Shown one piece after another: positions 9,965 through 20,306 of a stretch of DNA of 43,096 bases (position 1 is its first letter; each line of letters starts with the position of its first letter). Position numbers and translations under genes: made by a program. Source of the DNA: Bacilli bacterium (GTDB lineage: Bacteria > Bacillota_I > Bacilli_A > RFN20 > CAG-826); contig JBIIRB010000003.1 of assembly GCA_044341785.1 (NCBI GenBank), forward strand, positions 1 through 43,096. Reading direction: 5' to 3'. The notes beneath the pieces are model-generated. The model was not told the origin of the DNA, did no database searches, and saw only the letters and a list, made by a program, of their open reading frames with translations.

Positions 9965-12061
9965 ATGAGAAAAGCATTGACCGTCTTAGGCTGGTTCTTT
10001 GTGTTCAGTTTAGTTTTATTATGGGGTTCTAGTTTATATGTTTCAGCGTGGAATCTGAATGCCAGTTTGCATGTCTTTATTAATATTTGGAACTCGATTC
10101 GCCGATTTTTTTTGGGCTTTCACACGTTATCTGAAATTCAATTTTTTATTGCATTAACGGGTGTCGGTTTAATCCTCCTCGCTTCGTTGATTCTTTTCGT
10201 GAAGTTATTAAACCAACGAAAGATCATCGTTGCCTTACTAAGCTTGCTCATGCTCGTATATCTTAACTTTGCTGGTCTATTAGGGTTTATTCCTTTCTTA
10301 GATAACTTTCATCTCGGGGTTGTTGATCCCTCGACCGAAGGGCTTACTTTTTATAGTTATCTTCGGGAGATTATTTTTAATCCTGCCAGCGAGATTGAAG
10401 GATATGTCTTCTTATCTTTCTATGTCTTGGTTGGACTGATTGGTCTCATTTTTATCTTTATTACGTTAACCGATATTATTGAAACGCCTTACGCGATTGC
10501 GCACGTTAAAAAGATGAAAATTGTTCCCGTTCCAGTGAAAGATCCTGTGGAAACGGAATTAAAGAAATTTGAAGTTCCAGGCGTGGTACCTACGCCTCCT
10601 ACTCCCGTGAAAGAAGTTGTGCCCATGGTCACGCCACCGGTTCAAGTTCCTCCAGCAAGCGCTCCAGTTGTCTCACCGGCCAATGTTTCATTAGCGGAAC
10701 AAATGCGGCTCATGATCCAAGAAGAATTGAAAAAAAACGCGCCGAAAGACGGCGATCCTTTTAAGAATGGTCCAGTGATGGTCGCGACCCCTTGGGGCAT
10801 GCAACCGTATACCGGGGTTTTACCGACACAAAACCCTGTTGGTATTTACCCACAGCAAACTGCTCAGCAAGGCATCACTGCGACCAACCATGAAGAAGTT
10901 CGATCAATTGTCATTCAAGAAATTGATCGGTCGGTCGCGTTAAAAAAAGAAATTGCCAAACTTGTCGCCGAAGAACTCGTTAAGTTATCACCGCCATCCA
11001 AAGATTCGGTGTATTCCATCATCAATGATGAATTGGTCAAGTATGATGCTTTAAATCGAGAAGCGATTGATAGTTTAATCGATGAAAAAGTTGAAAAACA
11101 CCAACACAGCGCGATTGAATCCATTAAGACCAATAATGAACAGGTGATGCATGCTTTAGTTGATGCGCGCTTAGAAACCTTGAAAAACTCGCTATCGCAA
11201 AGCCAAGAAAAAGTGATTCATGAAGAAATCGCACGCATCGGCGCAAGTTTACCTTCTTCAAGTGCTTCCCCGGTTAGCCAACCAAGTTTATCGGAAGCCC
11301 AAATCAAACAATTCATCCTCAATGAACTGAACTTGGTCCAAACGAATCAATTAGGCGTCATCCGTTCGATCTTTGCAGAAGAACTTAAAACGTTTATTGA
11401 AGAGAGAAAAAAAAACAACGCTGAAAGTAAACCGACCATTTCACCAATAAATCCACCCGTCGTTCCGCAAGTCATCCAAGATGACGAAGAGGATTTAGAA
11501 GAAGCAGATGACGAAGCGCTCGAAGACGAAGATATCGAAGACGATGATGACGAAAGTGAAGAAAATCAAAGTCCCACCAATGCCGGTTCTCGACTTCCTC
11601 AATTTGTATCGGTGGTCCCCAAAGATTCCTTAGTGACCAAAACCGGAAAGAAAAAAATTATTAAGATTCCTTTTCGTGAACGTATGAAAACGACTACCTT
11701 TGATCTCAAAGAAAATTATGATGAATTAAAAAATTATATTTTGAGTTATCAAGTTAAATCTCGTATTTCGCATTCCGGAGATACTTTCCGCTTGCATCGT
11801 AAAGATTTTATTAAAATGACGATTGCCGGCAAAGGGTTGAAAATTTACTACGCCTTAAATCCTCAAGACTATCAAAACTCCACGTTCCCCGTTGGGGATG
11901 CATCCCGTAAGGCGATGTATCGTGAAATGCCACTATTCTTTAAAGTGAAATCAAGTTTATCCGTGAAACGTGCGAAAACGCTCGTGGATGATTTGATGAA
12001 AAAACGAAATTTAGTTCAACGCGGCATGCTGAATATTAAATGGTCAGAGGAATATAAATAA
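9965..12061 (+). CDS. Uncharacterised membrane protein: about 4 N-terminal TM helices, Pro-rich region, helical repeats, acidic tract, basic C-terminal domain
   Basis: Strong AGGAGG RBS; 698-aa ORF; composition read directly from the translation. Confidence 0.85.
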   Translation: MRKALTVLGWFFVFSLVLLWGSSLYVSAWNLNASLHVFINIWNSIRRFFLGFHTLSEIQFFIALTGVGLILLASLILFVKLLNQRKIIVALLSLLMLVYLNFAGLLGFIPFLDNFHLGVVDPSTEGLTFYSYLREIIFNPASEIEGYVFLSFYVLVGLIGLIFIFITLTDIIETPYAIAHVKKMKIVPVPVKDPVETELKKFEVPGVVPTPPTPVKEVVPMVTPPVQVPPASAPVVSPANVSLAEQMRLMIQEELKKNAPKDGDPFKNGPVMVATPWGMQPYTGVLPTQNPVGIYPQQTAQQGITATNHEEVRSIVIQEIDRSVALKKEIAKLVAEELVKLSPPSKDSVYSIINDELVKYDALNREAIDSLIDEKVEKHQHSAIESIKTNNEQVMHALVDARLETLKNSLSQSQEKVIHEEIARIGASLPSSSASPVSQPSLSEAQIKQFILNELNLVQTNQLGVIRSIFAEELKTFIEERKKNNAESKPTISPINPPVVPQVIQDDEEDLEEADDEALEDEDIEDDDDESEENQSPTNAGSRLPQFVSVVPKDSLVTKTGKKKIIKIPFRERMKTTTFDLKENYDELKNYILSYQVKSRISHSGDTFRLHRKDFIKMTIAGKGLKIYYALNPQDYQNSTFPVGDASRKAMYREMPLFFKVKSSLSVKRAKTLVDDLMKKRNLVQRGMLNIKWSEEYK

Positions 12062-12067
12062 ACCTAT

Positions 12068-12646
12068 ATGGAAGTTATCAATCGATTAGGCTGGATCGAA
12101 GTTATCTGTGGTCCAATGTTTGCCGGTAAAAGCGAAGAACTGATTCGCCGTGTTAAACGCTTAGAATATGCTAAGAAAAAAGTGTTAGTTTTTAAACCAG
12201 GCATGGACAATCGCTATTCGGAAACTGAAGTGGTGTCTCATTCCCAACTTAAAACCAAATCGATTGCTATCAAAGAAGCTAAAGACATCTTAAAGTATAT
12301 CTCTCCAGGAAGTTATGCCGTTGCCATTGATGAAGTCCAATTTCTTGATGACTTTGTTCTCGATGTTGCATCGAGTTTGGCTGCATCCGGTATTCGGGTC
12401 ATCTTGGCTGGATTAGACACTGATTTTCGTGGTGAACCCTTCGAGGTGATTGGTAAGATTGTAACTGTTGCCGAATATGTGACCAAACTCACAGCCATAT
12501 GCGTGGTCTGTGGAGCACCTGCGACAAAGACCCAACGCATCTTAAATGGCAAGCCGGCTAATTATTCAGACCCGATTATTCAGGTCGGGGCGTCTGAGTC
12601 TTATGAACCTCGTTGTCGGCATTGCCATGAGATCATCAAGAAATAG
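12068..12646 (+). CDS. tdk: Thymidine kinase
   Basis: [29 protein letters not shown], Zn Cys motifs CVVC and CRHC. Confidence 0.97.
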   Translation: MEVINRLGWIEVICGPMFAGKSEELIRRVKRLEYAKKKVLVFKPGMDNRYSETEVVSHSQLKTKSIAIKEAKDILKYISPGSYAVAIDEVQFLDDFVLDVASSLAASGIRVILAGLDTDFRGEPFEVIGKIVTVAEYVTKLTAICVVCGAPATKTQRILNGKPANYSDPIIQVGASESYEPRCRHCHEIIKK

Positions 12647-12703
12647 TCATCCATCAAACATGCTATTATCATCTTAGTTTTACAAAGGAGTTTCTTACTA
12701 TTC

Positions 12704-13723
12704 ATGACTGCTGAAGACCCTATCTTGTGGCTTGTGCTATTCCTCCTCATCCTCTTGGGAGGCTATTTTTCCTCGACTGAAACTGCCTTTAGCAAAGCCA
12801 ATCTCATCAAATTAAAAATTCTCGAAGATAAAGGTTCGATTGAAGCTAAAAAAGTTGTTTATTATATTGAACATTTTGACAAAATGGTCGTGCTCACGGT
12901 CATCGGGAGCAATTTAGTTTCGGTTGCCTTATCCACGTTTGCCACGCTTTTGTTCATCAATGCGTTGGGTGAAGCGTTAGCAGAAGCTACTTTTTTAGCG
13001 ACCATTACCTCCGCATTCATCTTTTATTTGTTTATTGATACCTTTCCTAAGTCACTCGCTCGTGGCATCCCCGAATCACTTGCCCTATGGAATGTTCGAT
13101 TCTTATTTATATTTGAATGGTTGTTTAAACCCCTAGCGATGGTCTTAACTTGGGTCATCCAATGGGTTAATTTAGTGTTTAAATCTCCACCCGATCCTTT
13201 AATCACCGAAGCCGATTTTTCTACGGTTGTTCAAGAAGCAACCAAAGAAGGAACATTAAAAAAAGAAGAAAGTGAACTGATTCAATCCGCGTTAGAATTT
13301 GATGATACAACGGTGAAAGAAGTGTTCACGCCGATGGAAAAAGTTTTTGCGTTAGACATTGCTCATTATGATCCCAAAATAGTCAGTCAAATGCTTGCTA
13401 AAACGCGTTTTACCCGTATTCCAATTTATGAAGGGACGCTTCAACATATTGTAGGAACTTTGACGATTAAAAATTATTTTAAGGCGTTGGTAAGTAATCC
13501 ACAGGTTGATTTACGCTCCATCATGACCAAGCCTTATTTAGTAGGAACCAAAGTATTGCTTGATGACTTATTTGCTGGTTTTAAGAAACATCATACGCAT
13601 ATGGCGATTGTGATTGATGATAAAAAAGTGCCTGTGGGTATCGTAACGATGGCCGATGTTTTAGAAGAAATTGTTGGTCAAATGAATGAATACGTGAAAC
13701 GAAAAGAGACGACCCATGGTTAA
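12704..13723 (+). CDS. CNNM/DUF21 + CBS membrane protein (HlyC/CorB family) lacking the C-terminal CorC_HlyC domain
   Basis: FSSTETAF, FPKSLA, VKEVFTP, TRIPIY, HMAIVID...GIVTMADVLEEIVG, then an early stop. Confidence 0.85.
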   Translation: MTAEDPILWLVLFLLILLGGYFSSTETAFSKANLIKLKILEDKGSIEAKKVVYYIEHFDKMVVLTVIGSNLVSVALSTFATLLFINALGEALAEATFLATITSAFIFYLFIDTFPKSLARGIPESLALWNVRFLFIFEWLFKPLAMVLTWVIQWVNLVFKSPPDPLITEADFSTVVQEATKEGTLKKEESELIQSALEFDDTTVKEVFTPMEKVFALDIAHYDPKIVSQMLAKTRFTRIPIYEGTLQHIVGTLTIKNYFKALVSNPQVDLRSIMTKPYLVGTKVLLDDLFAGFKKHHTHMAIVIDDKKVPVGIVTMADVLEEIVGQMNEYVKRKETTHG

Positions 13724-14990
13724 TCCAATGCATGTGATGATCATCGTTGTGCTTTTAATTCTTTCATTGATGTTAAGTTTCTTTTTTTCAGCTTCTGAAA
13801 TTGTCTTTACGAGTGTTTCGGAACGGCAATTAGAAATGATCAAACATCCGCAAAGTTTGAAAAGCTTAAAAATGACTCGCCAATTTCCCACCATTTCAAC
13901 CGCGTTATTGTTTGGTAATGGTTTAGTCAATATCTTCTCGGCTTCGCTGGCCACCTTACTTTCACAATTACTTCTAAAGGACGTGATCGGTGAAGGTTGG
14001 GCTTCCACAGTTTCCTCGTTCATCATCTTTATTTTTGTCATCATTGTTGGAGAAATCATCCCGAAAACGTTAGGTCGTAAATATGCCTTGTCTTGGTCCT
14101 TGGTTTTGGTTCCCTATATTGTGTTTTTTAGAGTAATCTTTTTCCCAGTTGTTTTTATTGTCAATGTTGTCATATCGCTTTTTTCATGGCTTTGGATTCG
14201 TCAAAAAGCACCAGAAGTCGTCACCGATGAAGAATTAGAGTTCATGGTGGATAAAATCGAAGAGAAAGGTCTATTTGATAAAGAGCATGGTAATTTAATT
14301 CGCTCTGCAATTGGATTTTCAGAAACCCAAGCTTATGAAGTCATGACACCTCGAGTTGATATCTTTGGATTTAATGTTGAAGAAGAACTCTCTGTTTTAC
14401 TCGATCATCCTGAAACGTTCTCTTTTTCGCGCATCCCGGTTTATGACCATACGATGGATAAAATTGTCGGGATTTTGCCCACACCCCTGCTCTATGAAAC
14501 GTTGGTGAATGGCCAACCCGTTGACGTGAGAAAACTTTGTCAAAAAGCGTTGTTCGTTCCGCGGACCCAATCGATTAGTACATTATTAAAAACGATGAAT
14601 GAAACCGGTCAGTCAACCGCAATCATCATCGATGAGCATGGCGGTACCGAAGGTTTAATTACGTACGAAGATATTGTGGAAGAACTTCTTGGAGAAATTT
14701 ACGATGAAAGCGATGTGATCAAAGAATGGATCATCAAAAAAGCTGATCATGTTTTTTTGGTCGATGGCAATATGAATGTCGAAGATTTCTTTAAAGAAAT
14801 GAAGATGAAAGTCAAAGTGAGTCCTGATTTTACCACTGTCAGTGGCTGGTGTTTAAAACAACTTGGCCATTTTGCAAAAGTCGGGGATGTATTTACATTT
14901 CGAAAATGGAAAGTGACTATCATCGAAGTCAGTCAGTTTACGGTCGAAAAATTGCAAATCGAATTAAAGGAAGTGCCTCCTAAACCTTAG
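13716..14990 (+). CDS. HlyC/CorB (CNNM) family Mg2+/Co2+ transporter, full length
   Basis: FFSASE, GEIIPK, EVMTPRVD, SRIPVY, IDEHGGTEGLITYEDIVEELLGEIYDE, C-terminal TVSGW...LGH domain. Confidence 0.9.
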   Translation: MVNPMHVMIIVVLLILSLMLSFFFSASEIVFTSVSERQLEMIKHPQSLKSLKMTRQFPTISTALLFGNGLVNIFSASLATLLSQLLLKDVIGEGWASTVSSFIIFIFVIIVGEIIPKTLGRKYALSWSLVLVPYIVFFRVIFFPVVFIVNVVISLFSWLWIRQKAPEVVTDEELEFMVDKIEEKGLFDKEHGNLIRSAIGFSETQAYEVMTPRVDIFGFNVEEELSVLLDHPETFSFSRIPVYDHTMDKIVGILPTPLLYETLVNGQPVDVRKLCQKALFVPRTQSISTLLKTMNETGQSTAIIIDEHGGTEGLITYEDIVEELLGEIYDESDVIKEWIIKKADHVFLVDGNMNVEDFFKEMKMKVKVSPDFTTVSGWCLKQLGHFAKVGDVFTFRKWKVTIIEVSQFTVEKLQIELKEVPPKP

Positions 14991-15018
14991 TTATGCTAAA
15001 ATGAGGACTTGATATTGT

Positions 15019-15954
15019 ATGAAATACACCTCATTTTTAAAAGAAAAAATCGATGATTTGACAGGACAAATTCATGTCATTACTGGTGCGAATTCTGGAC
15101 TTGGTTTTTGGGCTGCAAAACAACTTGCCTATCGTGGTGCAACGATCGTTTTAGCGGTTAGAAATCTTGACGAGGGTATCCGATCTTTGACCACCATTCA
15201 ACACGATATACCTCAGGCCAAAGGATGGGTTTTGTCATTAGATATGGCTTCATTTGAAAGCATTAAAAGTTTTGTAGCAGCATTAAAAAAAACCGTCCAT
15301 CATGTGGATGCTTTACTTCTCAATGCGGGTGTTTATTGTCCAGATCAATCGGCAACAACCATCGAAGCATTTCCGCTCACCACAGGGGTTAATTTTTTTG
15401 GTGCTTATTATCTTTTAAGAGAATCCATCGGCTGGTTAGATACGCAAGGTAAAAAACCAACACGATTAGTTTTTGTGGGATCTAATGCTGCTCATCGCAC
15501 GAATGTGGCTTCGCTTCAAAGTCTGTTAGATGTTAACACTGATTTAAGACTACAATACGGTTTATCCAAAGTTGCCTTATCGCGTTTATTTCATGTGATG
15601 CAACTCAACTTAAACTTGTTTGATTTTCCTGATCGCAAAAACATCAGTTCATTACTCGTGAATCCTGGTTTATCTTCCACGTCTCTGTTTCGCAATCTTC
15701 AACCCACGTGGATCAAAAACATCGTTTTATGGTTTGCAAAAACTTTCTTTCCTGAACCCGAGCAAGCATCGCTTGTGTTAACCTATGCCATGGGTAATCG
15801 TTATGTTGTGAATGGAAGCTATTATGGTGTGCATGGTTTATGGAATGGATTCGGACAACCTTCCAAGATGACCATCCCCAATCACTTCATTGAAGGTTCT
15901 GCTAAACTCATGTATGACACAGGTAAATTAATTAAAATGAAAGAGGTTCGCTAA
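15019..15954 (+). CDS. Short-chain dehydrogenase/reductase (retinol-dehydrogenase-like)
   Basis: ITGANSGLG, LNAGV, catalytic YGLSK, NPG; extended -10 TGCTAAAAT at 14994-15002. Confidence 0.88.
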   Translation: MKYTSFLKEKIDDLTGQIHVITGANSGLGFWAAKQLAYRGATIVLAVRNLDEGIRSLTTIQHDIPQAKGWVLSLDMASFESIKSFVAALKKTVHHVDALLLNAGVYCPDQSATTIEAFPLTTGVNFFGAYYLLRESIGWLDTQGKKPTRLVFVGSNAAHRTNVASLQSLLDVNTDLRLQYGLSKVALSRLFHVMQLNLNLFDFPDRKNISSLLVNPGLSSTSLFRNLQPTWIKNIVLWFAKTFFPEPEQASLVLTYAMGNRYVVNGSYYGVHGLWNGFGQPSKMTIPNHFIEGSAKLMYDTGKLIKMKEVR

Positions 15955-15955
15955 C

Positions 15956-17548
15956 ATGTTAGAAGTCGCCAAAGTCTCGCTCCAGTTTGGGGGTCGCATC
16001 TTATTTAAGGAAGTATCATTATCGTTTACCAAAGGAAATTGTTACGGCATTATTGGCGCAAATGGTGCAGGTAAATCAACTTTTTTACGCATTCTATCCG
16101 GTGAACTTGAGCCCTCTGCAGGCGAAGTGGTCCGCGATAAAAAAGAACGGATGTCGGTTTTAAAACAAGATCAAAACGCTTTTAACGAATTGACCGCTGT
16201 GGATACAGTATTAGAAGGTTATCCACGTTTAAAAGAAATTCGTAAAGAACTCGATGCGATTTATGCTAAAGAAAATTTTACTGAAAAAGATGGCATGAAA
16301 GCCGCTGATTTAGAAGCTATTTACTTAGAGCAAGGTGGGTATGAATCCGATAGTGCTGCCCGCTCGTTATTAAATTCTTTAGGGGTCCGAAAAGAAAAGC
16401 AAGACATGCTCATGAAAGACCTTGATGGGAAGATGAAAGTCAAAGTGTTGTTAGCCCAAGCATTGTTTGGTAATCCAGACATTTTGATTTTGGATGAACC
16501 AACGAATAACTTAGATGCCATTGCCAGTCATTGGTTAGAAAACTTTTTACTCAATTTTGAAAATACCGTCATCATCGTCAGCCATGATCGCCACTTTTTA
16601 AATAAGGTTTCCACGCGAACCTTGGATGTGGATTTTGGCAAGATTTCAATGTACGTTGGCAACTATGATTTTTGGTATGAATCCTCGCAACTTATTCAAC
16701 GACAAATGAAAGATGAAAATAGTAAAAAAGAAGGTCGCATGAAAGAGTTGGAAGAATTTATTGCCCGTTTTTCTGCTAACGCTTCTAAATCTAAACAAGC
16801 CACGTCACGAAAAAAAGAACTTGAAAAGATTACCCTTGAAGACATTAAACCTTCAACAAGACGCTATCCATTCATCGATTTTAAGTTTGAAAAGGATTTA
16901 GGCAATGATGTTGTTATCGTGAATGGTTTAGGAAAAAAAGGATTGTTTAAAAATGTTTCTTTTACCATCAATAAAGGCGAAAAAGTTGCCTTTATTTCGA
17001 ATAATAGTCTAGTGATTACTGCTTTATTTGAAATCCTTTTAGGTAAACTACAAGCGGATGAAGGAAGCTTTAAACTAGGTGTCACGGTCACGCCCACTTA
17101 TTTACCTTTAGATAATAGTCAATTTTTCAAAGAGCGCATTACCTTAGTGGATTGGTTACGCCCGTATTCAAAAGAACAATCTGAAAGTTACTTACGCGGT
17201 TGGCTCGGTCGGATGCTGTTTGCCGGTGAAGAAGCACTGAAGTTTGCCACCGTGCTCTCAGGGGGCGAAAAAGTGCGTTGCATGTTTGCAAAAATGATGC
17301 TGACATCAGGCAATGTGTTGTTCATGGATGAACCGACGAACCACCTTGATTTGGAATCCATCACAGCATTAAATAAAGGACTGCAAGCTTATAAAGGGGC
17401 ACTTTTGTTTACTTCCAATGATCAAGAACTTGTGTCCACGGTCGCCAATCGCATCATTTATTTTGAAGAAGAAAAAGTCTTTGATAAGAAGACTACCTAT
17501 GATGACTTTATTGATTGGTTAGAGGAACGTAATCGATTAGCGGATTAA
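15956..17548 (+). CDS. ABC-F family ATPase (YbiT/YkpA-like)
   Basis: Two ABC domains and no TM helix; GANGAGKST, LDEPTNNLD, FIARFSANASKSKQATSR linker, LSGGEK, DEPTNHLD. Confidence 0.93.
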   Translation: MLEVAKVSLQFGGRILFKEVSLSFTKGNCYGIIGANGAGKSTFLRILSGELEPSAGEVVRDKKERMSVLKQDQNAFNELTAVDTVLEGYPRLKEIRKELDAIYAKENFTEKDGMKAADLEAIYLEQGGYESDSAARSLLNSLGVRKEKQDMLMKDLDGKMKVKVLLAQALFGNPDILILDEPTNNLDAIASHWLENFLLNFENTVIIVSHDRHFLNKVSTRTLDVDFGKISMYVGNYDFWYESSQLIQRQMKDENSKKEGRMKELEEFIARFSANASKSKQATSRKKELEKITLEDIKPSTRRYPFIDFKFEKDLGNDVVIVNGLGKKGLFKNVSFTINKGEKVAFISNNSLVITALFEILLGKLQADEGSFKLGVTVTPTYLPLDNSQFFKERITLVDWLRPYSKEQSESYLRGWLGRMLFAGEEALKFATVLSGGEKVRCMFAKMMLTSGNVLFMDEPTNHLDLESITALNKGLQAYKGALLFTSNDQELVSTVANRIIYFEEEKVFDKKTTYDDFIDWLEERNRLAD

Positions 17549-18073
17549 ATGTTTTTGATAATAATGAAATACTTTGTCGGCGACTTCTTCAATTGACACT
17601 GCTTCTGAATTGATCACATAATCCATTTTAAGAAGATGTTGCTTGTCAAATTGGGCGCGATCGTTTTCAATTCGCTTTTTTGCATCTTCAAGTTGATCGC
17701 CACGGTAAAGCATCCGATTGAGTCTGGTGGTTTCAGAAGCCTCTAAAAGAAAAGTCACGATACGCGGATTTTTTAAGGCCATAAACGATTGAAAACCTTG
17801 AGCATCCACAATCAAGACCTTGTCATCACTTACTTCGGGTTTTGACGTTCCATAGGTGTTGCCATTATAAAGTGTGGTTTCAACAAAAAAATTCAACTGG
17901 ATTAAGGATTGCATTTGTTCGGGGGTGACAAAATGATAATCGACCCCATTTTTTTCGTTAATACGCATCGGTCGTGTGGTGTGGGTAATGACTTTGTGGA
18001 TGTGGTATTTAGAGGCAAGGACATGGGCAACTTCTGTTTTGCCACTTGCGGATGCGCCAATAAGTAAAATCAT
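17537..18073 (-). CDS. gmk: Guanylate kinase
   Basis: GASASGKT, THTTRPMRINEKNGVDYHF, YNGNTYGT. Confidence 0.9.
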   Translation of the reverse strand: MILLIGASASGKTEVAHVLASKYHIHKVITHTTRPMRINEKNGVDYHFVTPEQMQSLIQLNFFVETTLYNGNTYGTSKPEVSDDKVLIVDAQGFQSFMALKNPRIVTFLLEASETTRLNRMLYRGDQLEDAKKRIENDRAQFDKQHLLKMDYVINSEAVSIEEVADKVFHYYQKHLIR

Positions 18074-18143
18074 GTTTATATTATATAAGGTTTCACGCTT
18101 CTTTCACTAAAAAACGCAACCATGAAAAAAGTTATCATTTTCA

Positions 18144-18172
18144 ATGACATTCTTTCAAAAATTCTTTATAAT
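18144..18172 (+). promoter_or_regulatory. sigmaA promoter of the pdh operon
   Basis: ATGACA, 17-bp spacer, TATAAT; AAGGAG RBS before ATG 18218. Confidence 0.65.
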
Positions 18173-18217
18173 ACTCAATGCTGACTAAAAAAATGTTCAG
18201 CGTAAAGGAGCCATCAA

Positions 18218-19309
18218 ATGGTATTAGGAAAATTCGATCCATTAAAGAAACAACGGTTTGGTATTTTGGATGAAAACGGCGTGATTGTGAATCCTGAATA
18301 TGAACCCAAGATTGATGACAAAACACTTCTGCACATGTATGAAATGATGTCATTAGCGCGGATTGCGGACATTAAAGCATTACAATTCCAACGTCAAGGT
18401 CGGATGTTGACCTTTGCACCGGTTCAAGGACAAGAAGCCGCCCAAATTGGTGCCATGGCTGCCTTAGAACCAACCGACTGGGTATCACCAGCATTTCGTG
18501 AACATGCTGCCATGCTTTATAAAGGCGTAACTTTAGAACAACTCTACTTATACTGGTTCGGTAACGAACGCGGTAGCCGTTTTGATGACAACGTTAATTT
18601 CTTACCGGTTAATATTCCTATTGGTAGCCAAATTGGCCACGGTGCTGGTTTAGCCTATGCTTCCAAAGTCTTAAAGAAAAAACAAGTGGTCGTCGCTTAC
18701 ATCGGTGACGGTGGAACTTCACACGGTGAGTTTTACGAAGGGATGAACTTTGCTGCCGTTTTTAACGCTCCGCTCATCACCATCATTCAAAACAACCAAT
18801 ACGCCATTTCTACCCCACGTGCCAAAGCAACCAAAGCTGAAACACTTGCTCAAAAAGCAGTTGCCTTTGGAATCCCCGGCATTCAAGTCGATGGTAACGA
18901 CGTCTTAGCGATGTATGTTGCGGTTAAAGAAGCAGCTGAACGCGGCCGCAAAGGCGAAGGTGCAACGTTAATTGAAGCTTTTACCTATCGTATTGGGCCT
19001 CACACGACTTCTGACGATCCAACCATTTACCGTAAAGACGCAGAAGTTGAAGAATGGAAACTCAAAGATCCACTCATCCGCTTCCGTAAATATTTAGCAG
19101 GTAAAAAACTTTGGGATGATAAAAAAGAAGAAGCGCTTCAAACGAAGTTGAATGACTTTGTCATGGAAACATTTAAAAAGGTTGAAGTGGAAGGTGTCAA
19201 AGTTTCACTCGATGAAATTTTTGATTATACCTATGCCAACTTAACGGAAGATTTAAAAGAACAAAAAGAAAACTGGAAGCAATTCCTCAAAGAAGTGGAA
19301 GGTAAATAA
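18218..19309 (+). CDS. pdhA: Pyruvate dehydrogenase E1 alpha
   Basis: QRQGRM, GQEA, GDGGTSHGEFYEGMN...QNNQYAIS, HTTSDDP. Confidence 0.95.
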   Translation: MVLGKFDPLKKQRFGILDENGVIVNPEYEPKIDDKTLLHMYEMMSLARIADIKALQFQRQGRMLTFAPVQGQEAAQIGAMAALEPTDWVSPAFREHAAMLYKGVTLEQLYLYWFGNERGSRFDDNVNFLPVNIPIGSQIGHGAGLAYASKVLKKKQVVVAYIGDGGTSHGEFYEGMNFAAVFNAPLITIIQNNQYAISTPRAKATKAETLAQKAVAFGIPGIQVDGNDVLAMYVAVKEAAERGRKGEGATLIEAFTYRIGPHTTSDDPTIYRKDAEVEEWKLKDPLIRFRKYLAGKKLWDDKKEEALQTKLNDFVMETFKKVEVEGVKVSLDEIFDYTYANLTEDLKEQKENWKQFLKEVEGK

Positions 19310-19311
19310 CC

Positions 19312-20295
19312 ATGGCAGAAATGACATTATTGCAAGCAATCAACGCTGCATTATTTGAACAGATGAGAAAAGACAAAACCGTCGTCGTCTTTGGTGAAGA
19401 CGCGGGTTTTGAAGGTGGTGTCTTCCGTGTCACCAAAGGATTACAAGAAGAATTTGGGGTCGATCGTTGCTTTGACACGCCGATCTCGGAAGCCGGGATT
19501 GTCGGTAGTGCTATCGGGATGGCCATGAATGGTTTAAAACCCATTGCTGAAATGCAATTCGAAGGATTCATGCACAACGGTTATAACCAAATCGTCGTTC
19601 ACATGGCGCGTATGCGTAACCGTTCCAGAGGTCGTCACACGATTCCTATGGTGCTTCGCATGCCTTATGGTGGGGGTATCCGTGCGCTTGAACATCACTC
19701 AGAAGCGATTGAAACGTTACTCGTTCATATTCCAGGTTTAAAAGTTGTCATTCCTTCAACGCCTTATGATGCGAAAGGTTTAATGGCCGCTGCCATCCAA
19801 GATCCAGACCCAGTCATTTTCTTAGAACCTAAACGTATTTATCGCGCGTTCAAACAAGAAGTTCCTGAAACAGAATATTTAGTACCCATTGGTAAAGCAC
19901 GCCTCGTTCAAAAAGGAACATCATTGACCTTAGTCACTTATGGTTCCATCGTTCAAGATGCTCAAAAAGCAGCGAAAGAATTAGAAGCCCAAGGCATTTC
20001 AACCGAAATCATCGATTTACGTTCATTAGCACCCATCGATTATAAGACAGTCATCGATTCCGTTAAAAAGACGGGTCGTTTACTCGTGGTCCATGAAGCT
20101 GTTAAAACGCTTGGTTTAGCTTCCGAAATCATCACCCGTGTGAATGAAAAAGCATTCTTAAACTTAGAAGCGCCACCCGTTCGCTTAACAGCTCCTGATA
20201 TTACCGTCCCACTTCCACGTGGCGAACATTTATACATGATCAATCAAAAGATGATTGTCCATGAAATTAAAAAACTCGCTGCATATAAAATTTAA
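19312..20295 (+). CDS. pdhB: Pyruvate dehydrogenase E1 beta
   Basis: FGED, GGVFRVT, DTPISE, EHHSE, FLEPKR, IDLRSL. Confidence 0.95.
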   Translation: MAEMTLLQAINAALFEQMRKDKTVVVFGEDAGFEGGVFRVTKGLQEEFGVDRCFDTPISEAGIVGSAIGMAMNGLKPIAEMQFEGFMHNGYNQIVVHMARMRNRSRGRHTIPMVLRMPYGGGIRALEHHSEAIETLLVHIPGLKVVIPSTPYDAKGLMAAAIQDPDPVIFLEPKRIYRAFKQEVPETEYLVPIGKARLVQKGTSLTLVTYGSIVQDAQKAAKELEAQGISTEIIDLRSLAPIDYKTVIDSVKKTGRLLVVHEAVKTLGLASEIITRVNEKAFLNLEAPPVRLTAPDITVPLPRGEHLYMINQKMIVHEIKKLAAYKI

Positions 20296-20306
20296 GGAGG
20301 CCGACC

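Noticed and set aside
16960-17040. Degenerate second Walker A (ISNNSLVITAL) in the ABC-F protein
   Set aside because: As far as I recall this degeneration is common in Firmicutes YkpA/YbiT-type ABC-F proteins, so it is not distinctive
18121-18145. TGAAAA-N9-TTTTCA inverted repeat upstream of the pdh promoter as a possible Rex or other operator
   Set aside because: Spacing does not fit the Rex consensus TTGTGAA-N4-TTCACAA, and such AT-rich repeats arise by chance
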